NCBI GenBank assembly: GCA_028023455.1
Contig: JAQFVV010000002.1
Coordinates: 30,256,001 to 30,320,000 of the forward strand
Direction of reading: 5' to 3'
Length of the DNA: 64,000 nucleotides
DNA from: Epiperipatus broadwayi
Lineage: Eukaryota > Animalia > Onychophora
How positions within the stretch are numbered: position 1 is the stretch's first letter; each line of letters begins with the position of its first letter. This document shows positions 41,791-55,066 of the stretch, one piece after another. The position numbers and the translations under genes are program-made. The notes below the pieces were generated by a model. It did not search any database. It was not told where the DNA came from and saw nothing but the letters and a program-made list of their open reading frames with translations.

Positions 41791-42725
41791 GTAAAGGGTA
41801 TTAGATTATTTAGAAAAAGTACAAAGGGGAGTAGGAAGACATGCATTGGATGCAGATGTATGGACAGCAAGGGAAGCAATCAAGGAGAAATGGGATGGTC
41901 AAGTTTTTATATGAGAGATGCAAAAAGAAAAATGAAAAAAATGTTTGGTAGATTGCAGTTTATAGATAATAAAAGAATTGCCAAAATAGTTTTTAAGTGG
42001 GTTATGAATAAAGGGCAGGCAACAAGATGGGTGAGAAAGGTAATGCGGTATGCAGAAGATTTGGATAAAGAAATTTATATCAGTATACTTGTACAAAAGG
42101 TGGGATGATTGTGTTAGGAGGATTGTTGTGTTATAATGGTAAGGAATGGAATATAAGAATAGATGCATTAATAACGAATAGAGAGTTGGAGAAATAGTAT
42201 GGAGAGTAAAAAGAGTTTAAATATATATAGAAGTAAACAAAACATTGGGTGCGAGTTAATTTATGATAATAGTAAGGAAAGTAGTTTACTGTTTAAGACT
42301 TAAACGGGATCTTGAGCAACAAGGGAATATACATGTAAATGAAAAAATATGGGAGATTTAGTCTGCAAATTGTGTATGGAAGGCATAGAAAATATTAGGC
42401 ATGTTAGTTCAATGTAAATGCTTGAAAGCACAAAGGGTACAAATAATGAAGTTACGGAAGAATAAATATGAACAAAGTGATTATACAGGAAGTGGGTTAT
42501 TGGTTTTTATGCTGGGTTTGGGAAAAGATTCGGGGGATTTAGATATGAAGGCTATGGAGTTGACAAAGATTATGTTGTAAAAATGGGATGGAGCAGATTA
42601 TGGGAAAACAGGGTGGGGAATGGAAAGGTAAAGTGGCTAACAGGTTTCTCTGGACATAGTTGCTGAGAGATTCCTGACTCCGTATAAGAAGTCACAGTGC
42701 ATCACATCTCATTACTGTTATTAAG
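41790..42725 (+). mobile_element. LINE 3' fragment, same family as 8950-10265
   Basis: QGEMGWSSFYMRDAK..RIAKIVFKW..; shared 3' UTR acaggtttctctgg.catag. Confidence 0.8.
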
Positions 42726-43439
42726 TATTTTTGTAATAAGATGATGAATTTTTTAAATAAATGTTGATGCCTACATATTTTGTTGGACAAATAGAAAAAA
42801 GCCAAATATTCTTTCATATTTTCCTGAAAAAACGTTTAATATATATATTATATTTGTTACATTGCGCAAAGACTCACTCTAAAGCGGTCGTCAAAAGGAG
42901 ATGCTACACCTTCCTTAAATAAAGAAAAAGATAAGTAGTTTAATTTTTTATGTTAATACATTTAGATAATAATAGATAACAATTCTGATTTTTTTAAAAA
43001 TATTTACATTAATTATGGATTATACTTAATTATGTTTAATTAATTTTTACAGATCTTGTAAGAATTTACTACAAATTAAAAAAAAAAATCTTAGAAACGA
43101 ATGACTAAATTAATAAAACATCATTTGGTTAAAAAGAGAGACAATTCAACAAATGAAAGTAACTAAAAATATTAGTAAATTTATTAGTAAAACGAATGCT
43201 TTATCAAATGACTATAGTGTTAAAACATGAAGATTCTTACTTCAACTGTTGCTTATTTTACTACTTTGTCATTCTTTATAATTAATAATTTATTTTATTA
43301 CTGGTTCAAAGAATACAATATCAACTCTAGCCCTTTGCTCTCTTGATTTAAATTCAAATCATGCCCTAAAATTTATTAAAAATAAAGGATAATCTCTTAA
43401 AACTAGGAATTATCCGCTTATAAATTATAACAGTAACTT

Positions 43440-43900
43440 ATACACAATGAAATGAAAATACAACTGGTTTTTCCATCCAAACTGCCTGAAACGCCATCTA
43501 TGAATCGATGCATATGTTATGTAGGGACATAGTTTAGCTATTCCACACAAAATCTTTGAAATGCTAACATGTGCGGATCGCGAGTTACGATATGAAATGT
43601 GATGGTGTATTTCGTACCTTCGTACATATGTCTTCAATGCTCTTCCTGTCTTCACGAAATCTTTAAAACCATTTCAAAGAGTTTTTCAAACAAACATTAC
43701 GGTAGCAGTCTTTTGCCCAATTTGAAACAAAATTTAATATTAGCACATTATTCCACCACGGATTTAAGATATAAACACACTATCCATTTCATATTGTGAC
43801 TTGTGAATAGCTAAACTACATCAATGTATAACATATTCAATCAGAGGTAGCGCTGCAGGCAGCTTGGAACGAAAACGATTCATTTTTTCAGTGAAACATA
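43440..43900 (-). mobile_element. mariner transposase 5' remnant
   Basis: ANIKFCFKLGK and KWF*RFREDRKSIED (mariner HTH). Confidence 0.82.
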
Positions 43901-44199
43901 TTGTGTATATGTAAGTATGAAATATTAATTAATTGAATAAATGTTTGCAAAATTACAGTTTTTATTTATAAGTACAAGATAAGCTAGGTTTTAAATAACT
44001 ACTGTAAAGATCTCTCCCACAGCCCCCAACGGAGAAAAAGGAAGGAAAAGACTTCGTCCATTTTTATTCTATTCTATAAGAAAATCTAGACATCAGTTAA
44101 TAGTGGATGGTTAACTTGGTTGGCTATGGATTGACTTATTAAAATCTGAAACAAATTTGCATGTTATTAATGAATTATAATATTCACATAAATGTTATA

Positions 44200-44800
44200 A
44201 ACCATACAGAAACGGTAAGTCCATATAATTTAAACTTAACTTTTATTAATGCTTAGTATTCTTTCGATATCATAGTAGTCTCACTTCTTTAGTGTTCCGA
44301 GCTTTTATGTACACTTGATAATTACTTTTATAATTAAAAACTTTTTATTTAATATTAAAAGATATTTAAATCAGTTCAAAGAACACACTTCTTCAAGAAA
44401 GGGATGCTTGTATCTTTTCTGTTTATTGAGTATCGGTCTTTTGCTATTGCCCACGTCTCTTTAATCTTTTGTTTTCCGTCTTCCCTCTCAATGCATATAA
44501 TCCTAGACAAATCAAATTTATGGCCAGAATTTTGTTCGTGGTCCATAAATATTGAGGGATAATCACTACTCTTAAGGGCTCTATTGTATAGGTCTTTAGG
44601 CTGGGCTCGTCTCATTGGGAGATTAGCTCTCAATTCCCCATAACATGCAAGCTTACACATAGCTTGGTTGGATTGAAATTTTGTGAACAATTAGATGTGC
44701 TGACTCTGTGGGCAGTGTCTTTTGAATTGTTAAGCAGTTTGTTTAATGACGGGGCAGTTATCGTATTTTTCGAAATAGATATATAGTAATTCTGTAAAAT
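44200..44800 (-). mobile_element. Penelope-like GIY-YIG remnant
   Basis: ..FMDHEQNSGHKFDLSRIICIEREDGKQKIKETWAIAKDRYSINRKD; decayed HHR-like tail at ~44249-44278. Confidence 0.8.
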
Positions 44801-44896
44801 AGTAAATTAAATATTAACATGAGTATGTAAGTATACAAATTAACAATTAAACGAAAGATAAATAAAATATAACTACAAGTATACTATAATTTAGGT

Positions 44897-45380
44897 CAGG
44901 GGTGGGCAAATAGCGGCCTGAGGGCCACATGTGGCCCACTAAGAGTTTTTATGCGGCCCGCCAAGACAATCAGAAAAATCCGCCTTGAACTGAGATTTCC
45001 TTCCCGTGCGTGACAGAAGATTCATCTCATATTTTCCACTAGGATGGCCATGTCAATACACGTGCAGTGTAGATATGATGTGCAGTGCTTTTTCAGTTGA
45101 TCTGATTAATTTCAAATTTGTCTTTGCATTAGCAAATATATACATTTCCAACTTTAGTGAAACCATGAACTCTCCGAAAAAATGTAAAATCAGTGACGAA
45201 TGTCATGTGTTTAATGAAGAATGGACAAACAAATATTTCTTTGGTAATGCAGGAAATAAAGCAGTGTGATTATTGTGTCATGATTGCGGCCCTCCGCTAA
45301 CCCTCGCTTCCACAAAGTTGCCCCTGATGCGGCCCTCTGCCAACCTTCGGCTCCCGAGCCAAAACAATTGCCCACCCCTG
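44897..45380 (+). mobile_element. Non-autonomous hAT (SPIN/Charlie-like) element
   Basis: TIR CAGGGGTGGGCAA, perfect 8-bp TSD ATTTAGGT on both sides, transposase N-terminal remnant KKCKISDECHVFNEEWTNKYFF. Confidence 0.93.
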
Positions 45381-47086
45381 ATTTAGGTGAATCAGATCTC
45401 TTACACAAAATAAAATATCAAAAGAAAAAACTAAAAGGAGGAATTTATTAATATTTTAACTCCTATTTAATTTTATTTAAATATTATGCAGTCGTATTCA
45501 GACTCCGGTGTACTTATTTTTTATAAACTCTGGAGCAATAAAACCATTTGATTATTTAGTTTTATTAATTACTGATTTTAAAAACCAAGAAAAAAGTGTT
45601 ATTTATTATATTAAAGAGGAACTGATTAATTTGGTTATAATAGCAATGGGAAAAAAATTCTATCTTGATCATAATTAAGTGATCATAGATTTTTTTCTGT
45701 GTGTGCAAAATTGGCTCCAATCTCTTCGGCTTTTAACAATTTTTCCAGGATATTAGTAATGTATCTAAAATTCAAAACAGCGAAGTAATATAGTTTTGCA
45801 CTCATGAATGGTGATGAATTTCTAAATAGTCTAAGAAGACTAAACTGTTATAGGGATAGTAATATATTGACTTGAAATAAATAATTTATGATGAAATTTC
45901 AAGAAGAATTTTGTTTTGCAATTGATTAACACCAGAAAATTTTTATACAAAGCGAAAATAAACCAGGATTAAATCCTGAGATTAAAACTTCAGAAATAAA
46001 AACTAGGAACCTAATAAATTTTAAGACAAATGAAAAAATAGAGTAGTTGCAAATGGTTAATTGAATCAATTCCAACTCCTAAATACCACCTATATTTCAT
46101 CTGATAGTAAAAAGAAAAACCACTACCAAAATTCAATGAAGACATCATTAGAGAGAAACATCTCAACTCAAATCCCAGACTGTCAGCACGAATCGCTATA
46201 CCATAAGTCTTTTTTGATAGTAGTTTCAACTGGTGAAATATGAAATTTATCAAAAATAAAACTATTATTTAAGGAAAAATGCTAAAAAACAATAAAAAAA
46301 AAAAACCTAAACAATTTCAGTCTATTTAGAAATAATCAGAAAACAACTTTTGACTCGGATTTTATAAGAATTGAGAAAATGTAGTAATAAGGAATAATGC
46401 ATACATTAATGATAGAAGAAGAAATAATAATAATAATAATAATAACAATTAAAAATAATATCCTAAGTAAATAAGCTCCTGATATTATTATTTTGTACTT
46501 TACTAATACCTTTCGTAAGTGTTCTAACATATTGTCTCGTAAATTAGTATAAAATGGATGGTTGAAACTAACACTAAAGCTTTGATGATATTCAAAATAA
46601 AAGCCTTCGTATAATTTAACTATTTGCAATAATATAAGGGAGTGAGTGCGAATTTGAATATTCATAAATATTTAGAAAGTTGTAAATAAAGAAATTTTAT
46701 TTATTGTAATTACCACCGCACACACACACACAAACAAATTATCTCTCGCTGAATTCACTCTAGAAAATTTACACATTATTAATGTGCGGGACTTTCTTAA
46801 TATATGCTAATTTATTTATCTTATGCTGAAGTCATACTAATACAAAATGACCCATTATCTAGTTAAAGTTCTGTGAAAATGATATAGAAAAATTAACTGT
46901 AAAAATGGGTGCGTATAGAATTGTTATATCCATATTTGTTGACTATAATTCTACAATAGTGATTAACATTTACTCATTCTGTATATAAATATAGGGGATT
47001 TGAACACAGACTTTCAGGTCCCTTCACTATCCACGCTATCTCATACTACTGATACACATGACCACACATGCAGAAAAGATAAATCA

Positions 47087-47128
47087 CCAATACATGTATT
47101 TCGTGCTAAACCAGCACTCATCAGTTGG
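47087..47128 (-). ncRNA. Canonical type I hammerhead motif, family B
   Basis: Reverse strand: CCAA CTGATGA GTGCTG-GTT-TAGCAC GAAA TACATG TA TTGG; full core intact. Confidence 0.88.
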
Positions 47129-47513
47129 TCCATACCATCTCCATAGATATATACAATCAGTGCTCAGTTTATATTAAGATAGCAAATCCTTATACTTTAA
47201 TGGACAGGCTTCAACCCACTCCAACCTTCAACCCTTCAGCTATCCATATCATTGAAAATCTGATAATAAAATTCCCAAATCCCATGCTGATGCCAATAAG
47301 TCATTCTGACCCTCCATATATAGGACAGTATCCATTTAAATACATAGAAGAGGGATGGGCAGAATGCAGGCTTAATGTATAAGATTTGAAATACCTGGAG
47401 CCTAATTGTAAATATAGGGGATTTGAACACAGACTTTCAAGCCCCTTCACTATCACACTAACTCATACTACTGATACACATGATCACAAACATGCAGAAA
47501 AGATAAATAATCA

Positions 47514-47555
47514 CCAATATACATATTTCGTGTCAAACCAGCACTCATCAGTTGG
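47514..47555 (-). ncRNA. Type I hammerhead motif, family B (tandem partner, 427 nt away)
   Basis: Reverse strand: CCAA CTGATGA GTGCTG-GTT-TGACAC GAAA TATGTA TA TTGG. Confidence 0.8.
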
Positions 47556-47774
47556 TCCAGATTACAATCTCCCATACATATATATAATCAATGCTCAATT
47601 TATATTAAGATAGCAAATCCTTACACTTTAATGGACAGGCTTCAACCTCCAACTCTTCAGCCATCAGTACCATTGGAAATCTGATAGAATTCCTAAATCT
47701 CATGCTGATGCCAATATTATATATATATATATATTATTATTTATTATGAATAAATAAACTCGTTAAGTTTTACA

Positions 47775-50260
47775 TGTGTTGTTATTTACTATGGATGCGA
47801 CTTGGCTGGTATCATGAGATACCCCCTGGGGTACACAGTAGAATGGCTGCAGCTGCAAGGATGATCCAAAGTTTATAGCAGATTGCCATATTTGACAGTA
47901 GAACCTGTGTAAGCAATTCTACTTTGGCACAGTTAATAAGTGGTATAGAAATACTTCAGCTTATGAAGTAGCTAAGCTACTAAACATAATGACATTAAAG
48001 AATTTGATGTCAACAAGACAGCAAGTTGGTGTCTCTATGTAAACACATAGGTATTTGGTGATAAATAACATAGATATTACACACTAAAGTTAGTAATGCT
48101 TATGTAGCTGGTGGGCAAGGAGGTATGCAAATGGGAAATAGACTCTGTGAACCAAAGTCTCCTGAAGAAATAACATAACTGGAATTAAAAGATAAATTGA
48201 CTGCATATTTTCAACTTGCAACTTCGAAATTGGTGTCAAGTTTGAGATTTGAAAACAGGACTCGACCCATGTTAGAAATATTATGATTATGACTCAGTTT
48301 TATGAACTTGAGCTAAAGAGTGTGACTTTAATACCCAGTTTGATGATATGTTCCCTGACCAACTTTTATGGGGAATGATGGACAATAATCTGAGGCAGGT
48401 TTTTCTGGGTGACTCAATGCTCACATATAAACAGGCAGTTGAGCGATGCATGACCCATGAAGTAGTTAAGAAAAACACTGCAGAGTTTCAATATTTAAAA
48501 AAATGTGTCAAAATTATCAACATCAGTAAAAAAATATGAAGTTGAAATTACAAATTATCTAAGTCCAGCAAAGACTTTTATATGTTATAGTTGTGAAGCA
48601 AAGAGTCATATGAAGAACTGCTGTAAATTTAAACAAGAAAGATATCATGCATATGGCAAAATTGTAAACTTATTATGCTTGTCACATGGATGATTAAAAC
48701 AGTAACGTGGCTGAATATATAAATTCCAAATCATGAGGAGGTGTTAAGAAAAAAACTGACATTAAAACAATAAACGAATTAGACAATAATCACATATTAC
48801 TGGACGTACATATTTACGAATAAAAAATACTATGGTAATTGAAAGCAGTGCAGGATTGTCCTTAATTTCACAGAGGAATTGGACTAAAATAATTGGGAAG
48901 TGTAAAAGAGGCTTTACATTTGAGAAAACAGATAATAGTCACTAATTTGAATGGCAATAAAATAGAAATAGGTGGAAAAGTAATAGTGCCTGTTAAGTTG
49001 AAGTCAAAAGTAAAAATACTACTTTTATATATAATGAAGCTTGACCTGACACCTATTCTACGAAGAAATTGGTTTTGGCCATTAGGAATTTAAATAGACA
49101 AAAACAATAGACAATTTATAACAGTATTGCAAATCAGGAGAAGTCTGGGTTGGTAGAGAAGATTGTAACACCAAGAGTATGAAAGTTGTGGCACGATCTT
49201 ATGTATGGTGGTCAAACATGAACCATGAGATTGCGCAGTTGAATGTTGTAGGGAGTGGCAGTGTACTGCTGCCACTGAAAAAACTAGAGCATAAAAGCAA
49301 CCTAACCATGGATGAGATTCCATATATCGATTGATACTCTACGTGTTAGAATATAAAATAATATCCTAAAACTTTGAATGAAATATTCTCATGCCACGGA
49401 TACTTCAACACTAATCTCTGATAATGGAGCTAGCTGGTTTTGCATCTCTGCTATTCAAAAACTTTTTGGCTGCTATGAGGATATGTCCTATATTAACACT
49501 CCCATACCACCCTGAGTCTAACAGTCTAGTCAAAAAAGTAGTGCAACAATGAAAGACTCCATTAAATAAAACTTCATACAAAGTCATTATGGAAGCTTTA
49601 ACCAATGCTATGTATTATCAGCATTTCATCCCTTACATGTTTACTAAAAGAATGCCGGCTGAATTATTCATGTGCAGAAGTTCCAAAAACATTCATCAGT
49701 GCTAATGCCTACTAAGAACATATGAAAGCAAAGCTATTTGGATGAAGAAAATTTCAAAATTGGTGACAATATTTGGATACATGATGTGTTAAAAAAGAAA
49801 ATAGTTTCCCAGAGTGATATAGGATTATATCGAAACAATTAAGAGTAGTGCAAATGTCTGATGGAAGACAAGTAAGAAAACAGATTAACAACTTGAGAAT
49901 ACATCAGACTGAGTTATTAGAAGCAACAGACATCAGTATAAATCCTACACTTCATGCAGAGAGTACTTTAATGAAAGAGGATGAGAATGCAGATGTGTTA
50001 GTCACTAGACATAGAGTCCTCAAATGAGAAGCAGTTAAACAACATTGTTTTAGTTGAAACGGATAACCTGTCTACTGAGTTAGAAATTATACAAAGGGAG
50101 GACAGCCCATTAGCATTGCGGCTTCAGCAAGATAAAACTATTGATCAGGAGGAAGAAAGACATCAATCTTTAGCAAAACCTGCCTGAATTCGTCAATGAC
50201 TCTTAAGATTGCGGGATTGTATTTGTGACTCAAAGGATAAATTTCTAGAATGGGGAGAGG
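47775..50260 (+). mobile_element. Decayed Ty3/Gypsy LTR retrotransposon (putative 5' LTR, PBS, gag, protease, integrase, PPT)
   Basis: TGGTGTCAAG PBS-like site at 48231; gag DMFPDQLLWGM; protease C-terminal PILRRNW; MKVVARSYVWW; LISDNG and LPYHPESN integrase motifs; GGGGAGAGG at 50252. Confidence 0.85.
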
Positions 50261-51034
50261 AATTAATCTATTTGCAATAGTATAACACAGTGTATGCGAA
50301 TGAGTAGACACATATATTTAGAAAGTTGTTAAGATATTTTATTTAATGTAATTATCAATGCGTGCACACAAATAAATTATCTCTCACTAAGTGCACTCCA
50401 GAAAATTTACATACTGTTAGAGAACTGGACTTTCTTAATATATGCTAATTTTTAAAATTATGCATAAGTCTTTAAAATTATTCAGAAGTCACACAAATAT
50501 AAAATGGCAGATTATCTAGTTAACTGCATGTACATGCAAGCTCTGTAAAAATGGCAGAGAAATGAAATATTAAAACACGAGTGTATAAGAATCATTACAA
50601 ACACATTTAATGAAAATGATTCTACAATAGAGATTATCTTCTCTGAAGATTAACATTTAGTTTTATTCCATTATATATATATATATATTATTACTTATGA
50701 ATAATGGACACTTTCCACCAATCCTCAAATAATTAACCAGACAAGTAAAGTCTTCTTTATTCTTCTTTTGTGGAGAAATGCGGAAAGGGTCTTTGCCTTG
50801 TGTCAGGTTGTTTTATTTTTTATCTCTAAGGTTATGTATCATATGGCAGAATAGTTAAGGTTATAAGAAGTCATATAATTGGATGATATAATTTTGCATG
50901 ATAAATGTAAAAAGCTACATATCAAACATAAGTTACGTCAATATCTAACAATGTTGACGTAAATATATTCCAACTGTAAATATATAATGAATCAGTTTAG
51001 TATTAAAAATTGGGGAAAATATATATATAATTAC

Positions 51035-51217
51035 CTTTTTTACTCTTCCGATACTGTTCACTGGGGCCCCATATCCTAACTGTACCATCGTCTGAAGCAC
51101 TGGCCAACATGCTGGGGATGGCTGGGTTCCAGCTGACACAATTCACGGTTCGAGTGTGTCCGGTTAGAACGGCTATCGGCAGCTCTCGGCGAATATGCCA
51201 AATATAAATTTTATTAT
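51035..51217 (-). CDS. WDR26: WDR26 exon ([61 protein letters not shown])
   Basis: tttag/gtaatt borders, 183 nt, last WD40 repeat; ends in a donor, so at least one more exon lies at lower coordinates. Confidence 0.97.
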
Positions 51218-51599
51218 CTAAAATGGCAAAAAAAAAAAAAAGATTTTCTTAATTTTAAATTTTGAAAACTTATAGAAATGTTTTTTTAATAAAAGTACTT
51301 TGAATAATGTATTTGTAAGAGCCAGAATAAATTTCATAAAATTATAATATTAAATAAATTATTTCTTCGTGATTTTATTTTCTTATCAATGTCCCATCAA
51401 CGATTAAAATTATAGAAGATTATCATTTTTTATATAAAAAATGATATAAAGATTATTTGCCTTACTTGATAGAAGAAAAATGGCATGCTCATTTCTTACA
51501 ATTTGTTAATAGAATTCTATTAATTGCAAGAAATCAATTAGCTTCTAGAAATTAAGATCAAGTAAGAATAACCACATTAATATTGATTAATCACACAAT

Positions 51600-52950
51600 G
51601 CAAAAATATGAAAGAAAAAAATAGTATTATTTTTAATTAGATGTTAAATTATTTCCATCATCTAGTAGGATTGTTAGATAGTTTTTACATCTTTCTAAAT
51701 ATATTCTGCTGTTAGTAATATTGCATGAGTTAGCTCGGAACACACTGTTCAAGTGATATTATTTTCCCATTTCCTTCAGATATTATTGGTCTATCATACG
51801 AAATAAACTAGTGACATTTAGAATAAAACTAGAATATTCTGTTATACTCAATAAAAATTTCATATGTTTTCTTGATATTCTTCCTTATTTTCCATTTTTT
51901 TACTTTTTAATGATGTTTTTCAAATATGAAGAATTGCACCATATTGGTTCACAGAGTTATTGTCATGTGAACAGCTTTAAACTTGGTCTGTTCATTTTTT
52001 CGTCTCTGTTTGTAATTCTTGTGTTCTTCCAACCAAGCATATCTTCACTGGTATATGCATATTATAGCACTTTAGGCACATATCTGTCTTTTCTTTTATA
52101 ATCATTATTTTATAACAATTATTTTTCAATGAAATAGCTAGTTTTATTGATATCTGTATTTTCATATTTATATAGTATTCCTTAAATGCAGTTTTTGTTT
52201 TTCAGTTATTTAAAACTTAGAATTCCTGGCAGCATGTTACGGCATGAAAAGCTGTTCTGATTGCGTGTTTTCTTTAGTTTCTCTGCCATCGCTAATATTA
52301 TATATAGATACACTACAAAATCTATCATTTGGTCTATTAAAGGTTTTCTTAATGATAGCTAAATGATAATTATTTGTCATGATTTTATTCTATGTAGGAC
52401 ATTTTCCAAGTCACTGGCTTCTGAACAAAGGTATGTATTCATTTCATAGTGATGGTATACTTCCAACTTTTGTAAACAATAATTTTGATTTTGCCATGAA
52501 AATAACAATTTTTGTTCTTGTATTAATTCAACTGTGAATTTAATTGAAGGACATATGTTATTGATGTGAATCTGGAATGTTTTAATAATGCTTCATCATA
52601 TGTCCATAAAATGAACGAATCATTTGATCTAGCGAAGTCACTCATCATTATGTAAATATTGCCAATGAAGAATGCTAATGGTGAACTAATAGCCACCCTT
52701 TCATTTTGTGGAAGAATTTTGTGATGTATAGAAAGAGGTGTTCTGATTTATAGACTATCTTCATTTAACTTTTTTTTATGAAAGACAATGTATCATTGCA
52801 GTTAAGAATAAACTTTCAACATCAAACTTTAGTAACATATCAGTTCTTTTTCTTAACTCTATAAAGTACTTAGAATATTATGAAGAAATGTTGATGTGGG
52901 AAATTTCTTGAATTAACATAGGTCTTAATGGACCATGATTCTTTATGGAT
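51600..52950 (-). mobile_element. Degenerate Penelope-like RT remnant
   Basis: Frameshifted ..DSFILWTYDEALLK..HINNICPSIKFTVEL..QKL, resembling PLE RT after the YxDD motif. Confidence 0.55.
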
Positions 52951-53289
52951 TTAAGGTGAATCATAAAGGATGTGAAAGTTTACTGAAAATTGTTAATCTA
53001 CTTTTTTTGATAACAGTGAAATCCTTGAGATCTTCTACAAGTAATGCTTGTAATTTGCTTCTATAACTGGCATAGAATTTCTTGTCTATTTTTTGCATTG
53101 ATTTGCTGTGATAAACGGGGTTTTTTTTTTGTCTATTATAATCAGTAGTGCCCATTACAATTCCATCAATGTCTTCCATCATCTAATAATTATTTACAAT
53201 GATAGTAACAAAGGCAATCGCTTAACAACTACCTCTAGAAGAAGAAACGGAATTATAATGGAGAATAAAAAACAATTCACATACAAAAA

Positions 53290-53570
53290 CAATTGAGACA
53301 ATGCGCCCCAGTATTTAAAAAATGACATTTTTTTTCCAAACTGCTTGCAGCGCCATCTGAGAATCAATGAATGTGTTGTTTGGGTCACGAGACTTGCCTA
53401 TCATCTTCAATGCTTTCCATGTCGTCATGAAATCTTACAAACCACTTAAAAACGTTCTGGTGACTCAGGGTATCAAAGCCACACCAGTTTGAATCATCTC
53501 AAATATTTCAGTAGCAGTTTAGTTTAGCCAATATAAAACAAGCGCAGTGTTACGAATAGCTCATTGTAGG
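53290..53570 (-). mobile_element. mariner transposase 5' remnant
   Basis: DTLSHQNVFKWFVRFHDDMESIEDD. Confidence 0.78.
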
Positions 53571-54632
53571 GATTAAAGTATGAATCCCAGTCAAATTTTA
53601 TGTTGTAACTTGGGATCCAGATATGCTGGTGTCTTAAAATTTTTGTGGTGAATAGCTAAACTAAGTCACTAAGTAACACAAATATTGATTCAAAGATAGT
53701 GCTGTAAGGAGCTTAAAAAGAAAACCAATCATCTATTCACTGGGAAACACTGTTCTGAGAAGGATCTCAAACTAATCAAATCTGTATACATTCTTCTTGA
53801 TCAAAGGCAATGCTTAATTTGTAGTAGAGATTACTGATTAGGAACAAAAAAAAAGAGTTTGTGCAAAAAAAAATCCTATAAGACAAAACCTCAAGCATTA
53901 CCCGGAAAGTATCACAGATATTCCAGTCACCCTGAAAAAGGTAACTTGACTTATTTCAGTAAAATTCTACATTTCTATGTTTTATCTGTTCTAAAAATTT
54001 ACCATGTTACGATTTTTTCTCATGATTTTTAATTCTTTGACATATAATGTACAATGCTACATCACAGATGAACTTGAAAATAAAAATAAGTGCTGTCTTA
54101 TAAAACTGTGATATGGTAAGTTTATTCACAAATATTGTCTGTAAGAAAAAAATTGAATTAATTATGATAGCCTAGAAATAGCAACAACTTTTCCTATTAG
54201 TAGCACAATGGATGGGTTACCATTCTGTATAACAATAACATACGTTCAATTCATACAAACGAAATTAAGTAAGCTATGGATTCGCCATTGATTAGAAATA
54301 TTTATACTGACAGCCATAAATACTATACTCCATCTCCATCAAAAATCTGGCTTTGCTGTGCCAAAGATACAGTCATTGTATGGGCATATATTGAAGCAAT
54401 ATTATGGGCATTCTGAAGCTAATCAACATCATGTCTCCATTTAATTTCACAATTAAATTATAACCAGAATAAAAATTGGCACTTTTAAAAGTTCTTATGA
54501 TAAAACTACCTCATAGCAAAATCAAAACTATACTTTACAGATTTTCCTTTTTATTAATTTTTTTTGAACAAAGATATAAATAAAATTATTTCTATAATTT
54601 ACGAAATAGGTAGAGATGAGTTATATTGGTAC

Positions 54633-54762
54633 CTTCACTTCCACTAGCTACAAAGTCTTGGTTGACCCCACCAAAACAAGAATGGATGGTATAAAAGCCC
54701 TGTGTTACTCCCTGAAACTTCCTTACTAAGCACCGATCTTGTAAGTCCCAGAGATGTACACC
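54633..54762 (-). CDS. WDR26: WDR26 exon ([43 protein letters not shown])
   Basis: ttttag/gtacc borders, 130 nt, phase 0-1; highly conserved WDR26 motif. Confidence 0.97.
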
Positions 54763-55025
54763 CTAAAAATAAGAATTATGGCACAAAATATCAATAAACG
54801 TCTCTATTTTTTCCATAAATCATAATATAAATATAGAAGATATAGATTATGCGAATAGTTAATTATCCAAACAATTGATTTAATGTATTAGTTTTCAATT
54901 ATTTACTTATATGTATTTATAAATTATTAAGAATTTTAAACTTCTCTCTTAATATTATAATAAATAAAACTAAAAGTGTGTGAAGCACTTGAAAGAGAAG
55001 CTATAAAGAATGCAAAAATATTAAA

Positions 55026-55066
55026 TGCTTAGCGCTTTCGAGGCAGGTTGCCTCATATTCATAGCA
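55026..55066 (-). ncRNA. Variant minimal hammerhead motif (A3-U8 core)
   Basis: Reverse strand: TGCT ATGAATA T GAGGCA-ACC-TGCCTC GAAA GCGC TA AGCA. Confidence 0.78.

Larger units (their letters stand above)
46988..47718 (-). mobile_element. Family B element, ~1.7 tandem units, two HHRs
   Basis: ataggggatttgaacacagac repeats at ~46991 and ~47414; HHR spacing 427 nt. Confidence 0.9.
46615..50705. repeat. Diverged local duplication flanking the Gypsy remnant
   Basis: 46615-46985 plus 47720-47750 is collinear with 50263-50705. Confidence 0.75.
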
